Both the position numbers and the translations under genes were made by a program. A stretch of DNA of 22,663 nucleotides from assembly GCA_038230375.1 (NCBI GenBank), contig JBBRNJ010000114.1, forward strand, positions 1 to 22,663, read 5' to 3'. A model generated the notes under the pieces. It was given only the letters and a program-made list of their open reading frames with translations, had not been told where the DNA came from and did not search any database. The first letter of the stretch is position 1. The number at the start of each line of letters is the position of its first letter. This DNA comes from Polyangiales bacterium (lineage in GTDB: Bacteria; Myxococcota_A; Polyangia; Polyangiales; Polyangiaceae). Below are positions 15,842-22,663 of this stretch, piece after piece.

Positions 15842-16186
15842 ATGGTCGTCAGCGTCACCCCCCAGCAGGCGTTCGAGCTCGTCTCTCACGGTGACGTGGA
15901 CGTCGTGGACGTGCGCAACCCCGACGAGTGGTCGGCGGGGTACGTACCAGGCGCTCGGCTCGTCTCGCTCGCGGAGCTGCGTTCGGATCCCGCTGGCTCG
16001 CTCGCTGGGCTTGCGGGCGCGGGGGATCGCGGTGTCCTCTTCGTGTGCGCTGGCGGCGTGCGCAGCCAGACCGCGGGTCGCATCGCGCTCGCGTACGGGC
16101 TCACGCGCGTCTACAGCGTGATCGGTGGAACGGATAGCTGGGTCCGCGCAGGTCTCCCGCTCGAGCACGCGCGCGTCGCCGTCTGA
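15842..16186 (+). CDS. Single-domain rhodanese (sulfurtransferase)
   Basis: VVDVRNPDEW..GYVPGA; active-site loop CAGGVRS; GGTDSWVRAGLP. Confidence 0.93.
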   Translation: MVVSVTPQQAFELVSHGDVDVVDVRNPDEWSAGYVPGARLVSLAELRSDPAGSLAGLAGAGDRGVLFVCAGGVRSQTAGRIALAYGLTRVYSVIGGTDSWVRAGLPLEHARVAV

Positions 16187-16193
16187 CTCCCAC

Positions 16194-16841
16194 TCACTCT
16201 TCTGGGTCGGTCGCCGCGATCGTGGTCGCGGGGATCGCGCGACCGGAGGCGGTGTCGCCGCCGGTGATGAAAGCAGAGGTTCTCTTGTCGCCGTTCAGGT
16301 CGCCGAACGCGCCGACAGCCCACGAGGTAGACTTCCATGTGGGCTGGTGCGGGACGCCTTTGGCAGCAAGGGCGTAGCCAGATGCGCCCGAGACGCCCGC
16401 AGCCCCCGTGCCATACGCGTACTGGAAGAACTGCGGCTGGTTGATCTCGAACCGAAGGCACGCAAATCCGGTCGGGACCTTGAGCCCAACGTCCTTTGCA
16501 TAGTCGTTGCCGGCGCTGTTGTTCGGCACGTACTTCACCCCTTGGACCGAGGCAATACTGGCGGGCACCGTCGCGGTCGCTCGTGCGCAGAGCGTGTGCG
16601 CGGTCGCCTTGCTGCTCTTGCCCTGCTTGACGAGCTCTGCCGCCGTACTCTCTTGCTCGTACGCTGCGACGGCGCCTTGGTTCATCATGCCGAGGGAGTT
16701 CGCGGCTTCGGCCGACTTCGCGTTGGCCAGGTATCGACGGACTCCGAATTGCGCGAGCACGGCCAAGATTTCGACTATGGCAACGACGATCATGAGCTCG
16801 ATGAGTGTGAATGCGCGATCTGACTTCTTCTTGATGAGCAT
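16194..16841 (-). CDS. Type IV pilin (PilA-like) with atypical N-terminal helix
   Basis: Basic leader MLIKKKSDRA, then FTLIELMIVVAIVEILAVLA; two Cys; C-terminal GDLNGD. Alternative ATG at 16904 abuts the upstream ATPase stop. Confidence 0.85.
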   Translation of the reverse strand: MLIKKKSDRAFTLIELMIVVAIVEILAVLAQFGVRRYLANAKSAEAANSLGMMNQGAVAAYEQESTAAELVKQGKSSKATAHTLCARATATVPASIASVQGVKYVPNNSAGNDYAKDVGLKVPTGFACLRFEINQPQFFQYAYGTGAAGVSGASGYALAAKGVPHQPTWKSTSWAVGAFGDLNGDKRTSAFITGGDTASGRAIPATTIAATDPEE

Positions 16842-16904
16842 GCGAAAATCCCGGGTTGGTGGTTGATTGGAGGCGCAAATAGTCTGGGTCGTGTTCGGTC
16901 TCAT

Positions 16905-19208
16905 TCACTTGCCGCCGCAGACGGCAGCGACCTGCTTGAGATCCGTCTCGCCACGGAGTGCTTTCGAGACACCATCCTGAAACAGGGTGCTCATTCCCCC
17001 CTCGATCGCAGCTTTCCGCACGACCGCGATCGGCTCGCGGTGTCCCACCGCATGGTGCAGCGCCTGGTTCATGACGAGCATCTCGTGAAGCGCGATCCGT
17101 CCCTTGTACCCGCTGTTGCCGCAGTCGCCGCAGCCGCTGGCGTGCCAGATGGACAGTCCGCCCATCGTGATCATCTCGAACTCGTCCGGCTCGAATGCGC
17201 GGGCGACCTCCGCGAGCTCCTCCGACGACGCATCACGCTGGACGCGACACTTGCGACAGAGCGCGCGCGCAAGGCGCTGCGCCAGAACTGCGATCAGGGA
17301 GTCGGCGAAGCAAAATGGGTCCATGCCCATGTCGAGTAGCCGTGTCACGGCGTCGGGTGCTGTGTTGGTGTGAAGAGTGGAGAGCACAAGGTGCCCGGTG
17401 AGCGAGGCCTCTATCGCCGTGCTTGCGGTCTCCCCGTCGCGCATCTCGCCGACCATGATGACGTCCGGGTCGGCGCGGAGGAACGCTCGCATCGCAGTCG
17501 CGAAGGTCAGCCCGATCTTCGGGTTCATCTGCATCTGTCTGAGCCCCACCTGCGTGATCTCGACCGGATCTTCCGCCGTCCAGATCTTCCGATCCTCCGT
17601 GTTGATCGCGCCGAGCGCGCTGTGCAGCGTGGTCGTCTTTCCCGACCCGGTAGGTCCCACGCACAGCACCAGACCATACGGCCGCGTGATGGCGCGGCGC
17701 AGCTGCTCCAGGTTCCGTGGGGACAACCCCAATCGATCCAGCGGCTGCGGCTTGGCGTTCGCAAGGATGCGCAGCACCACGTCCTCATTGCCGTTCGCCG
17801 TCGGAAGAGTGGCGACGCGCAGCTCGATGACGTGATCGCCGGCCCTGAAACGAATCTTCCCGTCTTGCGGCTTGCGATGCTCGGCGATGTCGAGGCCCGC
17901 CATGATCTTGATGCGGGCGACGAGCTGGTTGCGATGCGTGGCCGGCACGCTCTGGTACGAGACACAATCGCCGTCGATGCGGAACCGGATCGTGACGTCG
18001 CGCCGCTTGCCGTTCGGCTCGACGTGAATGTCCGATGCTCCACGGCGGCACGCGTCCAGGATGATCTCATTCACCACGCCGACTACGCCGACGTCGGTTG
18101 AGGCCCCCGCGACCTTTTCTCGTGGGTCTTCGTCTTCACCCTCGATCTCGGACGTGACGTCGTCTGCCTTGAGATCGCGGAGCAGCTGCTCGAGCGGGAC
18201 GGCGCCCGGCGTCACCTTCTCCGTCTTCTTGAGATGCTCTTCGATGAAGCGATCGAGCTGGGACGGCAACACCAGGACTTGAACGATCTGTTGCCGTATG
18301 CGACGCCTCAGGGACGCGGTCGCTGCAGCGAGGAGCGGCTCCGTGACTGCCACGACGAGCCGGCCCGATTCTGTCGCGACCGGCAAGACGCGCAGGTCAA
18401 CAATGACGTCCCTGGGCACGCACGCGATCGCTTCGGCAGTCGGCCCCACCTGGTCCAGGTCGACGACGCCCAGCCCAAAATGAGTGCCCAGCACGTTTGT
18501 CAGCTCGGCCTCACGGACCTGTCCTGCCTCGACGAGAATCTGGGTGAGCCGCTTGCCCTTGCGCAAGCTCCGCTCGTGACGAGCAATCTCGAGCCCTTCC
18601 GCCGTTACCAGCCCGGCCTCGAGCAGGACGCTCTCGATGAGCTGCTCGTCCACCACGCGGCCTGAGACTGACGATGGCGCTGCAGGGTCGACGTCGCCCT
18701 CGCGTTGACTCAGTGGCGAGCGCCTCACGCCGGAGCTCGGCGGCGCACCGCCCGAAGTGTCGCCGCCTACGACGTTGGTGGGGGCCGGTCGCTGGCCGGA
18801 GCCCTCGACGAGATCGAGGACGCCATGCGAATAGAAGTAGATTTCGCGGAACGGCGACGTGTCGTCGATTGGCACGGCGCGGAATCCGAGCGTGCTCGTC
18901 GTCGCGTCGCGGCAGACGTCCACGGTGAAGTCCACACCGCCCGCGCGGATCCGCAGCCTCTGCGTCGGACCATCACCGAGCACTGGTCGTGGCTCGCCCG
19001 GCCGACGGTGAAACGCGACGTATGCGATCCGTTCGGCGTGCACGAGTGAACGACCGGCCCGCTCGAGCTCGACAACGAGCTCGGTGGTCGTCGGCGTGAA
19101 AGGGCCCGCCAGCATGCCGTTACTCGGCGGCCCCGTGAGATAGCCGATCTCCACGGGCTCGAAGGCCGCCGATACGCTTGCTCTGGATTCGTGAACTGCC
19201 ACCAACAT
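16905..19208 (-). CDS. PilB/GspE-family secretion ATPase with MshEN-like region and an extra N-terminal domain
   Basis: Walker A GPTGSGKTT; TAEDPVE; Walker B DPDVIMVGEMRD; His box TGHLVLSTLHTN; Zn motif CRKC...CGDC; start uncertain (19208 or 19244). Confidence 0.92.
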   Translation of the reverse strand: MLVAVHESRASVSAAFEPVEIGYLTGPPSNGMLAGPFTPTTTELVVELERAGRSLVHAERIAYVAFHRRPGEPRPVLGDGPTQRLRIRAGGVDFTVDVCRDATTSTLGFRAVPIDDTSPFREIYFYSHGVLDLVEGSGQRPAPTNVVGGDTSGGAPPSSGVRRSPLSQREGDVDPAAPSSVSGRVVDEQLIESVLLEAGLVTAEGLEIARHERSLRKGKRLTQILVEAGQVREAELTNVLGTHFGLGVVDLDQVGPTAEAIACVPRDVIVDLRVLPVATESGRLVVAVTEPLLAAATASLRRRIRQQIVQVLVLPSQLDRFIEEHLKKTEKVTPGAVPLEQLLRDLKADDVTSEIEGEDEDPREKVAGASTDVGVVGVVNEIILDACRRGASDIHVEPNGKRRDVTIRFRIDGDCVSYQSVPATHRNQLVARIKIMAGLDIAEHRKPQDGKIRFRAGDHVIELRVATLPTANGNEDVVLRILANAKPQPLDRLGLSPRNLEQLRRAITRPYGLVLCVGPTGSGKTTTLHSALGAINTEDRKIWTAEDPVEITQVGLRQMQMNPKIGLTFATAMRAFLRADPDVIMVGEMRDGETASTAIEASLTGHLVLSTLHTNTAPDAVTRLLDMGMDPFCFADSLIAVLAQRLARALCRKCRVQRDASSEELAEVARAFEPDEFEMITMGGLSIWHASGCGDCGNSGYKGRIALHEMLVMNQALHHAVGHREPIAVVRKAAIEGGMSTLFQDGVSKALRGETDLKQVAAVCGGK

Positions 19209-19281
19209 GACGAACGGCCCGCGCGCGGCCGAACTGAAGGCCATTCTTAAGTCTGCCTGCGCGAGTGCGTTGATCCAGGGG

Positions 19282-20640
19282 ATGTCAAACACGAAAGCCA
19301 TCATCGCCTCGCCGCGCGTACGTCTCTTCGCCGGGTTCGCGGCGACCGGAGTCAGCGCTGTCGTGATCCTCGGCGCGCTGCTCTTCCAGAAGGTGGACGA
19401 GGCAGCACGGCAGGACCTCGAGAGTCGAATTCGATTGCAGGCGACTGTGGTCGCTCAGCTGTCGTCGAACGTACTCTCCGGTTCGCTCGATGACGGGGAT
19501 GCTACGTTCACCGAGTCTCTGCGCGTGCTCGGCGCCACCACGCACACCCGCTATTCGTTGATCACAGCCGAGGGCGTCGTGGTCGCCGAGCCGATGGCAG
19601 AGGCCCCCGACGAGGTGCCCCCGCTCAACCAACCCGAGATCACGCTCGCGAAGCGCGAGGGTGTCGGCATCGCGGAACGCGACGGAATCCTGTACGTCGC
19701 TGCGACGATCGCACCGGATGGCGTCTTGATTGGCTATGCGCGCGCCTCCGTGCCCGCGAGTCGAGTCGCGCCGGAGTTCGAGGAATTGCAGATGCGCGTC
19801 GCGTTCGGGGGCTTGCTCGCCGTGTTCGCGTCGGTGCTCCTCGGCTGGCTGGTCGCGGGACGTTTGGTTCGGTCGGTCGCAAGCCTCTCACCCGTGATCG
19901 CTCCGGTCAGGGGTGGCGACGCGGCGCGTCCGCTCCCGCTGACGGACGGAAGCACCCTGACCGAGACCGCAGGACCCACAGCCGAGAGTGCGCATCCCGC
20001 CATGCGGAAGACGGCGGTCGAGTCGTCCGCTTGCTCCGTTGGGTACGTGGTGGCCGAGGTCGAGTCGTTGACGCGTGCCGGTGCGATCGAGAAGGGGCTG
20101 TCTCTCCTCATCGGGCTGGACACGCCCATCCCGAAGAGCGTCACCACCGATGCCTCGGCGCTCCGGCAGATACTCACGAGCCTGGTCCAGAACGCGATCA
20201 AGTTCACCGACGCGGGTACCGTGAGCATTCAAGTCGGGTTCGACCCGGAGGCTCCACTCGCACGTCGGCTCCGTCTCACGGTCAGCGACACGGGGCTCGG
20301 AATGGCCGCCGAGCAGCTGACGCAAGTCTTCGAGCCGCGAGGAACGGCCATTTGCCTGGACGCGCTGCGCCGCTCCACCCGTCTTCTGGGCGGCGAGCTC
20401 GAAGCGTCCAGTCGCGCAGGGGTGGGCTCCGCCTTCACGGTGTTGCTGCCCACCGGCATTCGCTCCCACGAGATGTGCAGTGAGCTCGCAAGCCTGCATG
20501 ATGCAGCGCGCGCGGACGATGCCCCCGTTGACGCGCTCGCGAGCCTCGGGGTGGAAACGCCGCTGTCGTCGGAGGTCGTGCCGATCGCAGTGGGTCACAG
20601 CACCACCGACCGGTCGCCGAGCCTCGACGCTGCAGGATGA
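19282..20640 (+). CDS. Membrane sensor with HATPase_c domain but no recognisable HisKA/H-box (pseudokinase or decayed kinase)
   Basis: Two TMs flank a Cache-like periplasmic region; RQILTSLVQNAIKFT and SDTGLGM present; G2 box reads GTAICL; no HE-x-x-T/N-P motif. Confidence 0.75.
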   Translation: MSNTKAIIASPRVRLFAGFAATGVSAVVILGALLFQKVDEAARQDLESRIRLQATVVAQLSSNVLSGSLDDGDATFTESLRVLGATTHTRYSLITAEGVVVAEPMAEAPDEVPPLNQPEITLAKREGVGIAERDGILYVAATIAPDGVLIGYARASVPASRVAPEFEELQMRVAFGGLLAVFASVLLGWLVAGRLVRSVASLSPVIAPVRGGDAARPLPLTDGSTLTETAGPTAESAHPAMRKTAVESSACSVGYVVAEVESLTRAGAIEKGLSLLIGLDTPIPKSVTTDASALRQILTSLVQNAIKFTDAGTVSIQVGFDPEAPLARRLRLTVSDTGLGMAAEQLTQVFEPRGTAICLDALRRSTRLLGGELEASSRAGVGSAFTVLLPTGIRSHEMCSELASLHDAARADDAPVDALASLGVETPLSSEVVPIAVGHSTTDRSPSLDAAG

Positions 20641-20754
20641 GGAGGCGCGCAGGTCGCGCCGCGCTTGCTCCGCAGTATTTTGTTTCATTCTTCCTCGTTG
20701 AGTGCAAAAAGCTCGGCCGATCGCTGCGGGTGATCCGCGGCGTCCGAGGAGCTC

Positions 20755-21831
20755 ATGAGAACCCGCCTACTCTTCCTGTTCGCGTCGTTGACCGTCGTTT
20801 CGTTTGCGTCGTCAGCGCGTGCAGAGGCGCCCGCCGAGTCACCCAAGGGCGCGAGCGCGGACCTCAAGCCTCTCGTCGCTGCTCCCACTGCCCCCGCGGA
20901 CGCGCCAGCGATCAAGAAGCCGACGGACGGAAGCTCCGCCACGCTGTCCGCGGGCGGCCTGATGCAGACCGGAAACTCTTACATGCTCGCGGCCACCGTG
21001 AACGGCGCCTACGAGCGCCACTTCGGCGACAACAGCGTGGGCGCGGCGGTGCTCGGCAACTACGGCGAGAGCAAGCCGCCGGGCGGCGAGAACCGCGCCT
21101 CGACCGAGAACATCCAGGGCAAGCTCCGCTACGACCGCTACCTCACCGACGACGTGACGGCGTTCTTGATGTTGACCGGGCGCTCCGACCGGTTCCAGGG
21201 CGTGCAGTTCCGCCTCAACGTCGACCCCGGCGTGAAGTACCTCTTCATCAACCAGAACACGATGGCGTTGTGGGGTGAAGCTGGCTACGACTTCCAGTAC
21301 GACGTGCGCCGCGACGACGCGCGCCAGGACAAGGACGCGAGCGGCAAGCTCCTGTTCGACGGCAACGGCAGCCCCATCCTCGTGGACAAGACGGCGACCG
21401 ACCACGCCGCCCGTCTCTTCGTGGGCTTCAAGTATGCGTTCAACACAGACGTCACGCTCAAGACCGGCCTCGAGTACCTGCAGTCCGTGATCGACAGCGG
21501 CCGTTACCGCGTGAACTACGACGCGCTTGTCGCTGCAAAGCTGAAGGGCGGGCTCGCGCTCGGCCTCGGCTTCAGCGCGCGGTATGACCACGCTCCGCTG
21601 CCCGGCAAGGAGGAGCTCGACACGTCGACAAGCCTGAGCCTCATCTACTCGTTCGCCGACCCGCAGCCGAAGAAGGAAGAGACCTGCCCGTGTCCGCCTG
21701 CGCCCGAGCCTGCTTCACCCGCAGGTGGCAACCTGCCGCCCGGCGCGAACCCGCCGCCAGCCGCGCCCCCGCCTCCAGCCGTCGGTGCGAACCCTCCTCC
21801 TCCGCCAAGCGCTGAAGGCAGCGCAAAATGA
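20755..21831 (+). CDS. DUF481 (YdiY-like) outer-membrane beta-barrel with Pro-rich C-terminal tail
   Basis: GAGGAG RBS; signal peptide; QTGNS, RYDRYL, DRFQG, RYDHAP..GK...DT....SLIYSF. Confidence 0.85.
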   Translation: MRTRLLFLFASLTVVSFASSARAEAPAESPKGASADLKPLVAAPTAPADAPAIKKPTDGSSATLSAGGLMQTGNSYMLAATVNGAYERHFGDNSVGAAVLGNYGESKPPGGENRASTENIQGKLRYDRYLTDDVTAFLMLTGRSDRFQGVQFRLNVDPGVKYLFINQNTMALWGEAGYDFQYDVRRDDARQDKDASGKLLFDGNGSPILVDKTATDHAARLFVGFKYAFNTDVTLKTGLEYLQSVIDSGRYRVNYDALVAAKLKGGLALGLGFSARYDHAPLPGKEELDTSTSLSLIYSFADPQPKKEETCPCPPAPEPASPAGGNLPPGANPPPAAPPPPAVGANPPPPPSAEGSAK

Positions 21832-22001
21832 GCCTCGTCAGTGAGTTCAAGGAGTTCGCGTTCAAGGGCAACGTGATCGACATGGCCGTCGGCGTGATCA
21901 TCGGCGCCGCGTTTGGTGGTGTCGTGAAGTCGCTCGTTGACGACGTGATCATGCCGCCGATCGGGATGGCTACGGGCAACGTGGACTTCGCCAACAAGTT
22001 C
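21828..22001 (+). pseudogene. mscL: N-terminal 58 codons of the large-conductance mechanosensitive channel (TM2 and C-terminus absent)
   Basis: ATGA overlap with the DUF481 stop; [46 protein letters not shown]...VDFANKF. Confidence 0.9.
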
Positions 22002-22663
22002 ACCGAGGGCTGGAGCCAGACCTGGCAGGTGCCCCGCGCCAATTTCGACCAGGTGCTCGCCGAGGAGGTGCAGCGCATGGGCGTGCCCGTGGAGTTCGAA
22101 ACCGAAGTCACCGCCATCCAATTCGACGGCCCCAACTCGACCACCCGCGTGACCTGCCCCGACGGCTCCGAAAAGGAAATCAAGGCCCGCTTCCTTATCG
22201 ATGCCAGCGGTTACGGGCGCGTCATTCCGCGCCTGTTCAACCTTGACCGGCCCTCGAACCTGCCGGGGCGCAAAACCATGTTTGCGCATTTTGAAGACCC
22301 CAACCGCTTCCTCTTCGACGAGCCCAATCGCATCACGGTCATCTCGCACCGGCCCGACGTGTGGGTGTGGGTCATCCCGTTCTCGACCGGCAAAACTTCG
22401 GTGGGCTTCGTGGCCGACCCGTCGTTTTTTGCGGAGTTTTCGGGCACGTCCGACGAGATGCTGCGCGCCATCATTCAGTCCGATGACTACACCAATAAGC
22501 GCTTCGGCGACAGCGCCTTCGTATTCGAGCCGCGCACGCTCGAAGGCTGGTCAGTGACGACGGAACGCTTCTTCGGCGAGGGCTTCGTGCTCACTGGCAA
22601 CGTGACCGAGTTTCTGGACCCGATTTTCTCGTCGGGCGTGACGCTGGCCACCGTGTCGGGCCA
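22002..22663 (+). CDS. Internal fragment of a flavin-dependent halogenase-like NAD(P)/FAD oxidoreductase, in frame with the mscL 5' part; runs off the window
   Basis: [29 protein letters not shown] (WxWxIP), [15 protein letters not shown]; no N-terminal GxGxxG; frame open to 22663. Confidence 0.85.

Noticed and set aside
21645..22557. ORFs 21645..22349 (-), 21641..22183 (-) and 22201..22557 (+)
   Set aside because: Shadows of the DUF481 tail and the mscL/oxidoreductase frame, which carries recognisable motifs

Overview
High-GC DNA with the gene content of a myxobacterium (Polyangiaceae-like; inferred from gene families, not a database hit). Left to right: (1) a minus-strand lipoprotein running off the left edge, divergent from a tightly coupled operon of ECF sigma, FecR+TPR anti-sigma, putative outer-membrane barrel and eight-repeat cystine-knot-like lipoprotein, with two back-to-back near-identical ECF-type promoters between them; (2) a sigma54-preceded small lipoprotein, a DUF2461 protein, a secreted barrel-like gene broken by an in-frame TGA, a membrane protein, a hybrid histidine kinase, a 5'-truncated FGE/SUMF1-fold gene, an FHA+TIGR02996 protein and an SCO lipoprotein; (3) a Family 2A encapsulin, cargo cysteine desulfurase and rhodanese, where the encapsulin and rhodanese upstream regions share a palindromic operator-like motif; (4) a minus-strand PilB/GspE ATPase and atypical pilin, divergent from a sensor pseudokinase lacking the phospho-His domain; (5) a DUF481 barrel and an mscL that switches in frame, at a DFANKF microhomology, into a flavin-dependent halogenase-like oxidoreductase running off the right edge (probable assembly chimera or recombination scar). 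No rRNA, tRNA, CRISPR array or transposase seen.
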